A program made the position numbers and the translations under genes. From assembly GCF_001457615.1 (NCBI RefSeq), contig NZ_LN831024.1:5040001-5072000 (forward strand): 32,000 nt of DNA, in the 5' to 3' direction. Source of the DNA: Pseudomonas aeruginosa. Lineage in GTDB: Bacteria; Pseudomonadota; Gammaproteobacteria; Pseudomonadales; Pseudomonadaceae. Shown here in pieces: positions 19,501 through 27,590 of this stretch (the stretch's first letter is position 1; the number at the start of each line of letters is the position of its first letter). The notes below the pieces were generated by a model. It was not told the DNA's origin. It saw only the letters and a program-made list of their open reading frames with translations, and did no database searches.

Positions 19501-21122
19501 CTGGTCTTGACCCGGTAGGCGGCGCCGTCGCTGGCGAAGATGGTCAGCATGTAGCGACTGGGTTTCTCGGCCGGCGGCAATTCGATGGCGGCGCGGCCCT
19601 CGCCGTCGGTGGTCAGTTCGGTGCTGCTCAGTTCCACCGGGAACTGGCCGAGATACTGCAGTTCGTTGTCCACCATCGACAACTGCTGGGCGCGCAGGCT
19701 CAGTTGCAGGCGCGCGTTGGCCACCGGCTTGCCGTCCGGATAGAGCAGGACGATCTCGCCCTTCACCGGCTCGGCGGTCTTGAAGTCCGGCTTGGCCAGG
19801 TCGAGGGCGACTTCGAAGTGCGGCTTGATGTATTCGGCGACGCGGAAGGCGCTGCTGTAGGTCTGCCCGCGGTAGTCGAAGCGCAACTCGTAGCCGCCGG
19901 CGACGGCGTTCTCCGGCAGTTGGAAGCGGCCATTGGCGCCGCTCTTCGCGTCGAAGCGGAGGTCCAGGCTTTGCAATACCGTGCCGCTGGCGTCGATCAC
20001 GCTCAGGCGCACCGGCGCGCTGGCGGCGGCCTGGGATTGCCGGGCGTCCTTGAACTCGCGGCCGACCATCTTCAACGAGACCCAGTCGCCCGGCCGGTAC
20101 AGCGGGCGGTCGGTGAAGGCGTAGATCTTGGTGTCGTAGATCTCGCTGTCGTAATAGAAGTTCTCGGAGACGAAGACCCCGCCCTCGCGGTCCTCGCCGA
20201 TCACGTAGGAGCGCTCCGGACTGGCGTGCTTGAGCCGCAGCAGGCCGTCGGCGTCGGTATTGCCGCTGCTCATCACGCCCAGGCCGTCGGTCCACAGCAC
20301 CTTGGTGTCGGGCACCGGGGTGCCTTCGTGCTTGCGTGCGGTCCAGACCAGCAGCTCGTCGCCGGCGACCTTGCTCACCGCCACGCTGTTGGAGACGAAC
20401 ACCACGGTGGTGGCGCGGTACTTGCCGACAAGCGCCTCGACCAGGTACAGGCCCGGCTTCAGCTTGCCCAGCGGGATGTAGACATTGCCCGGCACGACGT
20501 TGATGAACTCGCTGGAGGAACCGGCCAGCTTTACGTCCTGCGGCGGCTCGATGGGCTTGGCGTCCCACAGCGGATAGCGGAACTGGCTGACCAGCGGCAG
20601 GCCGGGAATCGGCGCGTATTGCGGCTGCGCGTCGTAGGGCGTCGGCGCGGTCATGGCGTTGCCCATCTTCAGCTCGGGCACCGCCTCGGTGACCTGTTGC
20701 CGCGACTCGTAGGAGAAGGCGCGCTGCATCACCCGGCGCGACTTGCGATACCAGTTGTCCCAGAGATAGGCCAGGGTGTTCGACAGGCCTTCGCCCTTGA
20801 ACTGTCCCTCGGCCAGGACCCGGTGCAGGTTCTTCTGCCGCTTGAGGAACTCCAGCGGCTGTTCGATCCGGTACAGGCGCACGTCGACCCCGCCATAGGG
20901 CTCCATGCGGTAGCGCCGGTAGTCGCGGCCGGGCGCTTCGAGACGGACCCGCGCTTCCTCGTCGGTGGCGAAGCTGCTGTCGGCGAGCAGGAAGAAGGAT
21001 TCGCCGGCCATCGGCGTGTAGCCGCTCGGTTCCACCGTGTCTTCCGCCTGGACGGCGGCGAACGGCAGCAGGACCAGGGCGGCGACCGCCAGGCTACGGC
21101 TGAAACGGCGCAGGTTGCTCAT
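16572..21122 (-). CDS. magD: MagD, alpha-2-macroglobulin-like protein (YfaS type, no thioester cysteine)
   Basis: The ATG at 21122 gives the signal peptide [26 protein letters not shown]|ED and a 1516-aa product. It has a repetitive beta-rich (MG-domain-like) architecture. Where thioester A2Ms have the CxEQ thioester motif, this protein has [16 protein letters not shown] (17969-17946). The track ORF start at 21230 adds 36 non-signal residues and is rejected. Confidence 0.92.
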   Translation of the reverse strand: MSNLRRFSRSLAVAALVLLPFAAVQAEDTVEPSGYTPMAGESFFLLADSSFATDEEARVRLEAPGRDYRRYRMEPYGGVDVRLYRIEQPLEFLKRQKNLHRVLAEGQFKGEGLSNTLAYLWDNWYRKSRRVMQRAFSYESRQQVTEAVPELKMGNAMTAPTPYDAQPQYAPIPGLPLVSQFRYPLWDAKPIEPPQDVKLAGSSSEFINVVPGNVYIPLGKLKPGLYLVEALVGKYRATTVVFVSNSVAVSKVAGDELLVWTARKHEGTPVPDTKVLWTDGLGVMSSGNTDADGLLRLKHASPERSYVIGEDREGGVFVSENFYYDSEIYDTKIYAFTDRPLYRPGDWVSLKMVGREFKDARQSQAAASAPVRLSVIDASGTVLQSLDLRFDAKSGANGRFQLPENAVAGGYELRFDYRGQTYSSAFRVAEYIKPHFEVALDLAKPDFKTAEPVKGEIVLLYPDGKPVANARLQLSLRAQQLSMVDNELQYLGQFPVELSSTELTTDGEGRAAIELPPAEKPSRYMLTIFASDGAAYRVKTSKEILIERGAARYRLSAPQRFSAAGEKVEFSYASEQPTPLKPSSYQWIRLEDRATDSGPVADGRFALTFERPGTYSVELRDDKGQLLGATGHSVSGEGVKSVPGTVEVVFDKPEYRTGEEASALITFPEPVEDALLSLERDKVEATALLSKGADWLRLEKLNPTQYRVWIPVREEFSPNLTFSVLYTKGGDYSFQNAGIKVGMPQVEIDIATDKERYEPGETVTVTLATRFAGKPVSSHLTVSVVDEMVYALQAEIAPGIDQFFYHPRRNNVRTSASLAFISYDVALPGSTSAPGRANRSERGVKVLERPRREDVDTAAWQPELVTDAQGKASFSFRMPDSLTRWRITARAIDDNGQVGQKKQFLRSEKPLYLKWSGPTRFRQGDQPDLGLFVFNQGEQPVKAELLSGPPGSQRSQPLELAKGVNYIPLAQQPLSDGDWSAELRQDGQVRDRLAVRFNLLADGWQVEQAQNLSLAAASNPLQLPADARDVRLRLADGPAAAYLGNLDDLLEYPYGGVEQTASQLLPLSIAYPALAGGEPRIRDRLRLIMQNSRLRLVQMAGPDAWFAWWGGDVDGDAFLTAYAYYADWYASRALEIQLPAEHWQRILEPYAKQATQTPLLQRALILAFARDMQLPVNTLLGGLLNDLANAGEGQARAEPLEADDGLVLGDPDSAVGLAAARVLAVDLARQLRVAVPAPLAAQAETATQRLREAGLPFTDALLASRSAVDGQQVSALLQRLAPAQSTLERALALTWLQGALAQAPQGKLPQPPKDWQAQRGASGETYWQWRGRGIPSWVDLDEAPARPLPVALSYRSAQAPSGQLPVQISRRLLRLVPGEGAFEFKVEEVGDKPLSSDELYLDEVTLNVPEDTALRYGMLELPLPPGADVERTTWGIKISGLAGDEATTLERARNEPGELFYGVPVDSLSGEQRFRHLVRFSQKGSFNLPPARYLRLYAPEQQALEAKPALAKVKVE

Positions 21123-21148
21123 TGCTGTGGTCTTCACTGGGACGCGAT

Positions 21149-21799
21149 TCATTGAGAGAGGAAAGCCAGCCGATAGATGCCGATAAAGTTGGGATTGGAT
21201 TCGTCGGGGATCCATCGGGTGTCCTTCCATGTCATGAGTTGTTGCAGGCTGACCGAGCGCATGCCGTTATCGGTCGGGGTGCTGCTGCCGGTGTGATAGG
21301 CGATGGAGCGGCCCATCCAGATCATCAGGTGCTGGTCGTCGCCCTGGTCGTAGAACATCAGGTCGCCGGGGCGCGCCTGGTTGAGGTCGCGACCGACCAG
21401 CCGGCTGTTGAACTGCACCAGCTTGATCGCATTCACATAGGGCCCGACCTGGCCGCCACCCTGCTGCCAGTTCTGCGCCAGGCGCCGTTGCTCGGGACTG
21501 AGCGCCAGCTCCGGGGGCAGGTAGCGGTTGGACAGGCCGTTGGCGCGCAGCCACTTGCCATCGTGGACTTTCAGCGCCTCGTTGGCGGCGAAGCGCACCA
21601 GGCCGGCGCAGTCCTGCTGGTGCCAGCGCGGACTCGGCCCTTGGCGCAACTGTTCCTGGGCGATGCGCACGAACCAGGCGCGGAATACCTGCGATTGCTG
21701 CGGGTCGAGCGTTACCGCGGGCTCGCCGCGGGCAACGCCGCTGGCCAGCAGGAGCAGCGCCAGGCCGAAGGCAGTCAGGCGTCTCACAGCGACCGCCAT
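21149..21799 (-). CDS. magC: MagC, DUF1175/YfaT-family NlpC/P60-like exported protein
   Basis: Signal peptide [23 protein letters not shown]. Has an NlpC/P60-type Cys motif [10 protein letters not shown] (Cys codon 21610-21608) and a His motif [10 protein letters not shown] (21331-21329). The start is uncertain: ATG 21799 overlaps the magB end by 16 nt, and GTG 21820 and ATG 21814 are alternatives. Confidence 0.85.
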   Translation of the reverse strand: MAVAVRRLTAFGLALLLLASGVARGEPAVTLDPQQSQVFRAWFVRIAQEQLRQGPSPRWHQQDCAGLVRFAANEALKVHDGKWLRANGLSNRYLPPELALSPEQRRLAQNWQQGGGQVGPYVNAIKLVQFNSRLVGRDLNQARPGDLMFYDQGDDQHLMIWMGRSIAYHTGSSTPTDNGMRSVSLQQLMTWKDTRWIPDESNPNFIGIYRLAFLSQ

Positions 21800-23553
21800 T
21801 CCAGCGGCAGCCATTGCCACGGTGCGTTGGCCTGGCTTCCGGCAGGCAGCCCGAGGGCGTAGCTGCCCTTGCCGGCGAGGGTTTTCAGGCGCGGCATCAG
21901 GTAGGTGTCGGCGGCATTGCGGAATACCGGCTCCATGTCCTGCGGCAGGCTGTCGAGGGTTTCCCGTTGCAGCAGTTCGGAGAGCGGCTGCGGCGCCAGG
22001 TAGGCCGGTACCAGCGCATCCTTCGGCAACACCTCGGCGAGCGGCGGATAGCGTTTGTCGAGGGTGTCCAGGGCCTTGCCGAGCAACTGGTCGTCGAGGG
22101 AGAACAGCAGGGTCTGGCCATGGCGCGCCATGCCGATGCGGAAGAACGCGCGGCCGCTGATGCTCTCCGGGTTGTCCGCCTGGCTGGCCGGATAGGCGCC
22201 GAAGTTCGAGCTGACCTGGCGGGTCCAGCGGCGGGTCTGGCCATCCACCCGGTCTTCCACCGGGAAGCTGCCACCCTCGACCTTGGCTTCCTTCGCGCCG
22301 ATCACGCGACCGAACAGCTTGCCCAGCTCGTCGTCGAGTTCGGCACTGGCCGGCGCGCTCAACTGGCCCACCAGCAGCGGCGAATGCAGCCGCGAACTGG
22401 CGTACCAGCAGAGACCGGCAGCGCCGCTGAGATGCTCGGAGAAGGCCTGGGCCATCTTCTGCTCGGCCCCCAGACGCTCCAGCATCACCCCGTACAGGCC
22501 AGGGGTGACCGGCAGCGCCACGCAGGCGCTGGCGCCCATCGGCATGGCCTGCCAGACCGGGGCGAAGTCCAGCGGCGGCTGGCGTTCCACCTCGTTCAGC
22601 GCCAGGTAGCTGCTCCAGCCCTGCTCGCCCTTCTCGAAGCGCACCCCGGCGAAGCTCGGGATGAAGCGCTGGTAGCCCATGGCCAGGACGCTGGCATTGA
22701 GGGTGATGCGCTGGCGCAGCTCGCCGCGGCCCGGCAGGCCGAAGCGCTCGGGGAACAGTTCGTCGCCGTCGAGCAGTGCCTCCAGGTCTTCGCTGGCCGG
22801 AGCGTTCAGCGGGCTGTCGTCGCTTTCGCCACCATCGTCGAAGAGCATCCGTGGGTTCGACAGCAACAACAGCCGGTCGCCCTTGGACAGGAACAGCATC
22901 GCCTTGTCGTTGCCGTAGCGCAGGCGATAGACCGAGGTTCCCGCCAACTCGCCGACCTTGCGCAACTGCTGGTCGTCGGCGGCGATATGGGCCAGCGGCT
23001 CGAGCACCCGCGCCAGGCCGCCGCGCTTGAGCACCACCACGAAGTCGCGCAGGCGGCCGTCGGCGCCGCGCCAGAGGGCGACCTGGGCCGGTTGGTCGAG
23101 CAGTTCCTCGACCAGGCTGTCCTTCAGGGTCAGGTCGTGCTCGTAGATGATCCGCCGCAACGTACCGGTCAGGCCGAGGCGGTCGCCATTGTTCTCGTAA
23201 TAGAAGACGAAGTCCTCGGTCAGGGTATCGCGCAGCAACGGCACCTCGAGGATTTCCTTCGGCAGGCGGCTCAGCGACACGCTCTCGATCAGCGCGTCGG
23301 GCTTGCGCAGGTCACGGTAGGCACGTGGCGCGTCGGCGTCCGCGGGTGCCTGGGCGCCGATCGGCTGGCCGAGGTCCTCTTCGGCCGGGCGCCCTCCGCC
23401 GAGCCGCTCCAGCCAGCCCATCTGCCAGGCCAGCACACCGCCGGCGGCCAGCGCGGCGACGATCCCCAGCACCGGCCACAGGGCGCTTCGGGTGCGCGCA
23501 GCGGCGGGCGCAGGGGTTCCGTTGGCAGGGCTGGGGGTGTTGTTCTCGCTCAT
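21784..23553 (-). CDS. magB: MagB, DUF2138/YfaA-family protein with a single N-terminal TM anchor
   Basis: 589 aa. Starts [23 protein letters not shown], followed by a TM helix [20 protein letters not shown] and then a large periplasmic domain. GGGA (23567-23564) lies upstream of the ATG. Confidence 0.85.
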   Translation of the reverse strand: MSENNTPSPANGTPAPAAARTRSALWPVLGIVAALAAGGVLAWQMGWLERLGGGRPAEEDLGQPIGAQAPADADAPRAYRDLRKPDALIESVSLSRLPKEILEVPLLRDTLTEDFVFYYENNGDRLGLTGTLRRIIYEHDLTLKDSLVEELLDQPAQVALWRGADGRLRDFVVVLKRGGLARVLEPLAHIAADDQQLRKVGELAGTSVYRLRYGNDKAMLFLSKGDRLLLLSNPRMLFDDGGESDDSPLNAPASEDLEALLDGDELFPERFGLPGRGELRQRITLNASVLAMGYQRFIPSFAGVRFEKGEQGWSSYLALNEVERQPPLDFAPVWQAMPMGASACVALPVTPGLYGVMLERLGAEQKMAQAFSEHLSGAAGLCWYASSRLHSPLLVGQLSAPASAELDDELGKLFGRVIGAKEAKVEGGSFPVEDRVDGQTRRWTRQVSSNFGAYPASQADNPESISGRAFFRIGMARHGQTLLFSLDDQLLGKALDTLDKRYPPLAEVLPKDALVPAYLAPQPLSELLQRETLDSLPQDMEPVFRNAADTYLMPRLKTLAGKGSYALGLPAGSQANAPWQWLPLEWRSL

Positions 23554-23591
23554 GGTTCGCTAATCCCGTGTCATCCGTACGAGGGGATGCT

Positions 23592-24401
23592 TCAGTAGGT
23601 AAAGGTCTTGACCAGCACCAGGTCACCGATGGTGCGCAGGGGCACGACGAAGGTCTCGTGCTTCTCGTCGACGCTGTTTTCGTTGAACACCAGGTTGACC
23701 TGCGCGGTGATCACGTCCTGTACGTTGCTGCCGGCCTGGAAGTTGTAGCCCTGGTTGTTGAGGTTGCCCCAGTAGTTCACGTAGATCAGGTAGGTGCCGT
23801 GCAGCGGCGCGCCCATGGTGAACATCTCCGGGCCGGGCCCGTCGACGCCGTCCGGATCGAGGCCGCCGCTGTTGCTCAGGCGCGGATGCGCCCAGTAGGC
23901 GTGCTGGCCATCGGGGGTGACGATATGCAGGTCGAGCTCGGCCTTCGGATCGTCCCAACCCAGCACCACGCGCACGCGCGGCGGCAGTTGGGAGCGATTG
24001 GCCTCGTAGAACTGTACGCGCTTGAGGATCTTGCCGTCGGCGCTGCCGACCTGGACGCCGTTGGAGCCGTGGCCGAACGCATAGGGGCGGACGAAGCGCC
24101 CGGCGCCGTCGGTATAGAGAGGGAGAGGATTGCCGTTGACCACCAGGCGCTGGGCGCGCTCGGTGCCGACCAGTTCGCGCAGGTGTCCTTCGATCAGGCT
24201 GCGGCCGCGCTGGCCGCCGCGATCGATGGGCGGAGTCGGATAGGCGACACGCGGGGCATCGGGCTGTTCGAGCAGGCCGGAATAGCGCCAGCCTGCCGTC
24301 GGACCATCCAGGTCCACCGAAGGCTCGGCTAGTGCAGGCAGCCCGAAGGCCAGTCCGAACAGCACCGACAGGCAGCCGGCACTCGAACCGAAGATACGCA
24401 T
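23592..24401 (-). CDS. magA: MagA, DUF2135/YfaP-family exported protein (paralogue of MagF), first gene of the operon
   Basis: The ATG at 24401 is preceded by CCAGGGATTGATC, with GGGA 6 nt upstream. Signal peptide MRIFGSSAGCLSVLFGLAFGLPALA|EP. Motifs RVQFY, LDLHIVTPDG, YLIYVNYWG and ETFVVPLR..GDLVLVKTFTY. The track start TTG 24407 adds 2 codons. Confidence 0.85.
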   Translation of the reverse strand: MRIFGSSAGCLSVLFGLAFGLPALAEPSVDLDGPTAGWRYSGLLEQPDAPRVAYPTPPIDRGGQRGRSLIEGHLRELVGTERAQRLVVNGNPLPLYTDGAGRFVRPYAFGHGSNGVQVGSADGKILKRVQFYEANRSQLPPRVRVVLGWDDPKAELDLHIVTPDGQHAYWAHPRLSNSGGLDPDGVDGPGPEMFTMGAPLHGTYLIYVNYWGNLNNQGYNFQAGSNVQDVITAQVNLVFNENSVDEKHETFVVPLRTIGDLVLVKTFTY

Positions 24402-24470
24402 GATCAATCCCTGGTCGTGCGATTCATGAAAGTTGCATCTTAACGATTGCGCTGTCCGCTGGATATCCCC
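24402..24470 (-). promoter_or_regulatory. magA 5' leader with GGA motifs (candidate RsmA/CsrA binding sites)
   Basis: GGA motifs on the minus strand at 24411-24408 (CCAGGGAUUG, overlapping the SD), 24457-24455 (AGCGGACAG) and 24468-24466 (within GGGGAUAUCC; GGATATCC is an 8-bp palindrome). I could not identify a convincing sigma-70 promoter in 24402-24510. Confidence 0.35.
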
Positions 24471-24510
24471 GGCGACCGGCGGAATGTGCGAAATCCACCG
24501 CGATTCGACG

Positions 24511-24548
24511 GAAAGCGGAAAGTATAGGGGGCGCCATGCGGCGCCCCC
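24511..24548 (-). terminator. Rho-independent terminator of roxSR
   Basis: GGGGGCGCC-ATGC-GGCGCCCCC forms a perfect 9-bp GC stem (24527-24548), starting 16 nt after the roxR stop. On the minus strand it is followed by UAUACUUUCCGCUUUC. Confidence 0.7.
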
Positions 24549-24563
24549 GTTGTCATTTACGCT

Positions 24564-25124
24564 TCAGCGCCGTACCGGCCGCTTCTGCAGCTTGCGCTGC
24601 AAGGTCCGTCGATGCATGCCCAGGGCGCGGGCGGTGGCGGAGATGTTGCCCTCGTGCTCGGCGAGCACGCGCTGGATGTGCTCCCATTGCAGGCGATCCA
24701 CCGACATCGGGTTTTCCGGCACCAGGGTGTCCAGGTCGGCGTGCTCGGAGAGCAGCGCGGCCAACACGTCATCGGCATCCGCCGGCTTGCACAGGTAGTT
24801 GCAGGCGCCGCGCTTGATCGCCTCCACCGCGGTGGCGATGCTGGAATAGCCGGTGAGGATCACCACCCGCATGTCCGCGTGCAGCTCCAGCAGCTTCGGC
24901 AGCAGCACCAGGCCGGAGTCGCCTTCCATCTTCAGGTCGAGCACGGCATAGTCCGGCGTGTCCTGCTGGGCCAGCGCCAGGCCTTCCTCGGCGGAGCCGG
25001 CGGTGCTGACCCGCAGGCCGCGACGGCTCATGGCCCGCGCCAGGACCCGGGTAAAGGTGGGATCGTCGTCCACCAGCAGGAGATGGGGTTGTTCTTCCCC
25101 TTCGAAGAGCAGCTCTTCAGACAT
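24564..25124 (-). CDS. roxR: RegA/PrrA/ActR-family response regulator RoxR
   Basis: 186 aa. Receiver domain (HLLLVDDD...VLDLKM...ILTGY...) followed by the family's C-terminal HTH ...NISATARALGMHRRTLQRKLQKRP. Confidence 0.93.
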   Translation of the reverse strand: MSEELLFEGEEQPHLLLVDDDPTFTRVLARAMSRRGLRVSTAGSAEEGLALAQQDTPDYAVLDLKMEGDSGLVLLPKLLELHADMRVVILTGYSSIATAVEAIKRGACNYLCKPADADDVLAALLSEHADLDTLVPENPMSVDRLQWEHIQRVLAEHEGNISATARALGMHRRTLQRKLQKRPVRR

Positions 25125-25149
25125 AGGCAGGGCCTCTCAGACGGATCAC

Positions 25150-26418
25150 TCAAGCCATTCCGTAGCTGCGCGGCAAGCGCAGTTCGGTCAGAGTGCCGCC
25201 ATCTTCGTGGTTATACAACTTCACCGTTCCACCAGCGCGGGTCACGCTGGCCTGACTGAGAAACAGGCCGAGGCCGAAGCCCTTGCCCTTGGTGGTGAAG
25301 AACGGTTTGCCGATCTGTTCGGCGATCGCCAGGGGCACCCCGACGCCGTGGTCGCGGATACTCAGGCAGATACTGCTGCTGTCCCAGTCCAGGCGGATGT
25401 CGAGGTCGTCGGGACAGGCGTCCGCCGCATTGTTCAGCAGGTTCAGCAGAGCCTGGCTGAGGTCGGTCGGCGGGGTCAGGCGCGGCGCGGAGCCGAGGCC
25501 CAGGCACTGGTAGCGGTAGGAAGCCTCCGGACGCATCAGGTGCCAGCGGCGCAGCACCGATTCCAGCCATTCCGCGGCGCTTTGCTCCTCGATCGCCTGA
25601 CGGCGGTCGGCCTCGGCCGCCCGTACCAGTTGCTGGAGGGTGTGCTTGCACTGCTTGACCTGTTCCTGGAGCAATGCCAGGTCTTCCTGCAGGGTCGGGT
25701 CCTGCGGGCGCTCCTGGCGCAGCTCGTTGAGCAGCACGCTCATGGTCGCCAGCGGCGTACCCAGTTCGTGCGCGGCACCGGCCGCCTGGGTGGCCACCGC
25801 GAGCAACTGCTGGTCGCGCATGCTTTCCTCGCGCCGCTCGGCCTGCATGTGCGCCTGCCAGCGCAGGGCCTCGGACATCTTCACCACGAAGAAGGTGATG
25901 AAGGCCGCCGACAGGGCGAAGTTCAGCCACATGCCGAACAGGTGCAGGTTGATCAGCATCGCCTCGTGCTGAACCGCCTGCAGGTGCAGCGGGTGGTACC
26001 AGATCAGCAGCAGGGTGTAGCCAGTCAGGGCCAGGCCGGAGAGCACCATGGAGTAGATCCAGGGCAGGGTCGCAGCGGCGATGGTCAGCGGTACCAGGTA
26101 ATAGGAGACGAAGGGGTTGGTCGAGCCGCCCGAGTAATACAGCAAGGTGCTGTGGATGATCAGGTCGCAGGCCAATTGTACCGCGTACTCCTGGTCGGTC
26201 ACCGGCCACGGCGCGCGCAGGCGCAGCGCGGTGAACAGAATCAGGCAGGCGGACAGGCCAAGGGTCAGGCCGAGCGCCAGCCACGGCAGCGGCAACAGGT
26301 CGGAGAGCCAGGCGAAACCCACCGAGCCGGCCTGCGCGGCCAGCACGAGAATACGGATGAGGAGCAGACGGCCAAGGTTCTGGCGACTGGCGGAGAGCAG
26401 GAAAACCGGTGCGCGCAT
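25150..26418 (-). CDS. roxS: RegB/PrrB-family redox-sensing histidine kinase RoxS
   Basis: The ATG at 26418 (GGAAG upstream) gives 422 aa. N-terminal polytopic membrane domain containing the RegB quinone-site heptad GGSTNPF (26130-26110), an H-box AAHELGTPLATM and an ATPase domain (NLLNNAADA...GFGLGLFL). The track start at 26505 adds 29 non-homologous residues. Confidence 0.9.
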   Translation of the reverse strand: MRAPVFLLSASRQNLGRLLLIRILVLAAQAGSVGFAWLSDLLPLPWLALGLTLGLSACLILFTALRLRAPWPVTDQEYAVQLACDLIIHSTLLYYSGGSTNPFVSYYLVPLTIAAATLPWIYSMVLSGLALTGYTLLLIWYHPLHLQAVQHEAMLINLHLFGMWLNFALSAAFITFFVVKMSEALRWQAHMQAERREESMRDQQLLAVATQAAGAAHELGTPLATMSVLLNELRQERPQDPTLQEDLALLQEQVKQCKHTLQQLVRAAEADRRQAIEEQSAAEWLESVLRRWHLMRPEASYRYQCLGLGSAPRLTPPTDLSQALLNLLNNAADACPDDLDIRLDWDSSSICLSIRDHGVGVPLAIAEQIGKPFFTTKGKGFGLGLFLSQASVTRAGGTVKLYNHEDGGTLTELRLPRSYGMA

Positions 26419-26615
26419 GTTTTCTTCCGGAATAAGCGCGAGTATAGCCAAGACGCTGTCGGCAACTCTGCGGCAAAGTGACTCAGAAACCTCGCAGGTC
26501 GCCATCCTGCCCTGTTTCGCCGAGCGCTGTCAGGGCTCAGATCAGTAAATTTCACGTTTTTTCCGAAATCGCCTAACCCGTTCCGGGAAAAGCCTTCGTC
26601 TCATGGTCCAAGACT

Positions 26616-26640
26616 GGCGTATAGGCGTGTTTGCCACGCC
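26616..26640. promoter_or_regulatory. Repeat cluster in the roxS/SIMPL divergent control region (candidate operator)
   Basis: GGCGT-ATA-GGCGTG-TTTGC-CACGCC: a direct repeat of GGCGT plus the inverted repeat GGCGTG-N5-CACGCC. It lies 55-80 nt upstream of the 26695 ATG. Confidence 0.3.
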
Positions 26641-26694
26641 TGCCGGAACGATGCTCTACAGTGTGAATTCAGCCTTAGTACAAGGAGTTGCCCA

Positions 26695-27405
26695 ATGTCT
26701 GCGATTTCCCGCCTGGCCGCCGCCGTCACCCTCTGCGCCGCCAGCCTCTCGGCCGTCGCCGAGGAAGCGCCGCGCTACAACCAGGTCTCGCTGCACGCCG
26801 AAGTCAGCCAGCAGGTGGCCCACGACCTGATGCAGGTCACCCTCTACAGCGAAAACCAGGGCAGCGATCCGGCCAAGCTCGCCGCCGAGACCACCAGCGT
26901 CCTCAACGCCGCCGTCGCCGACGCGCGCAAGGTCAAGGGCGTGACCATCAGCCTGGGCAGTCGCAACAGCTATCCGGTCTACGACGACAAGGGCCAGAAG
27001 ATCACCGGCTGGCGCGAGCGCGCCGAGCTGCGCCTGGAAAGCTCCGACTTCGCCGCCCTCGGCCAGCTTTCCGCCGACCTGCTGGGCAAGCTGAAGATGG
27101 GCGGCATGGACTTCAGCATCGCCGATGCGACCCGCAAGAAGAACGAGGACCAATTGATGAAAGGCGCCGTGGACGCGTTCAAGGAGCGCGCCCAGTTGCT
27201 CACCGAGGCGCTCGGCGGCAAGGGCTACAAGCTGGTCAGCCTGAGCGTGAACAGCGCCGGCGCACCGCGCCCGTACCCGGTGATGCGGATGGCGGCGATG
27301 AAGGCCGACGCCAGCTTCGGTGGCGCCCAGGCGCCGGAGATCGAGGCCGGGACCAGCCAGGTCACGGTCAACGCCGACGGTGTGATCGAGGTGCAGATGC
27401 CCTGA
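26695..27405 (+). CDS. SIMPL/DUF541 (YggE-like) exported protein
   Basis: AAGGAG lies 8 nt upstream. Signal peptide MSAISRLAAAVTLCAASLSAVA|EE. 236 aa with the SIMPL-type layout (...RYNQVSLHAEVSQQV...GKGYKLVSLSVN...EIEAGTSQVTVNADGVIEV). Confidence 0.8.
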   Translation: MSAISRLAAAVTLCAASLSAVAEEAPRYNQVSLHAEVSQQVAHDLMQVTLYSENQGSDPAKLAAETTSVLNAAVADARKVKGVTISLGSRNSYPVYDDKGQKITGWRERAELRLESSDFAALGQLSADLLGKLKMGGMDFSIADATRKKNEDQLMKGAVDAFKERAQLLTEALGGKGYKLVSLSVNSAGAPRPYPVMRMAAMKADASFGGAQAPEIEAGTSQVTVNADGVIEVQMP

Positions 27406-27423
27406 TCCGGTCGGCGCGCACCA

Positions 27424-27456
27424 CAAGAGGCAGCCTCCGGGCTGCCTCTTGCGTTT
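27424..27456 (+). terminator. Rho-independent terminator after the SIMPL gene
   Basis: CAAGAGGCAGCC-TCCG-GGCTGCCTCTTG forms a perfect 12-bp stem, followed by CGTTTCC. It begins 19 nt after the stop. Confidence 0.8.
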
Positions 27457-27473
27457 CCACTGTCTCTCGCGCA

Positions 27474-27510
27474 GCAAACGCGGCCTGCGTCGCGTTTGCG
27501 CAAATTCGAA
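27474..27510 (+). promoter_or_regulatory. Hairpin plus perfect palindromes upstream of dppA1 (candidate upstream operator)
   Basis: GCAAACGCG-N8-CGCGTTTGC (27474-27499) overlaps the 10-bp perfect palindrome TTTGCGCAAA (27495-27504), which is followed by TTCGAA (27505-27510). This sits about 75 nt upstream of the sigma-54-like element. Confidence 0.3.
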
Positions 27511-27574
27511 AATGCGACATTCCCTTTCAAACGGATAACAACATCTACACTGAACCGACCTCGACGCTTGCGGC

Positions 27575-27590
27575 CGGCACATGCCCTGCA
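27575..27590 (+). promoter_or_regulatory. Candidate sigma-54 (RpoN) -24/-12 promoter for dppA1
   Basis: CGGCAC-ATGCC-CTGCA compared with the consensus TGGCAC-N5-TTGCA. GG is at 27576-27577 and GC at 27588-27589, with the exact GG-N10-GC spacing. It lies 68 nt upstream of the dppA1 ATG. Confidence 0.35.

Noticed and set aside
16572-21230. ORFs nested in magD: 17034-18974 (+, 646 aa), 19227-21155 (+, 642 aa), 18763-20568 (-, 601 aa, alternate frame)
   Set aside because: All overlap the 1516-aa A2M-like reading frame. Their translations are Arg/Pro/Gly/Ala-rich without motifs. They are GC-driven open frames, not overlapping genes.
21814-23598. 594-aa plus-strand ORF
   Set aside because: Antisense to magB. 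Low-complexity composition and no start context.
23592-24401. Lipobox-like tetrapeptides in MagA (SAGC) and MagF (LLSC, 14130-14921)
   Set aside because: In both, the Cys lies before or inside the hydrophobic core rather than after it, and a good signal-peptidase-I site follows (ALA|EP, AWA|DN). I therefore call them ordinary exported proteins, not lipoproteins. The call is ambiguous without experiment.
24958-26481. 507-aa plus-strand ORF and 421-aa minus-strand alternate-frame ORF (25211-26476) over roxS
   Set aside because: Only the 25150-26418 minus frame contains the RegB-type motifs (GGSTNPF, HELGTP, G-boxes). The others are compositional artefacts.
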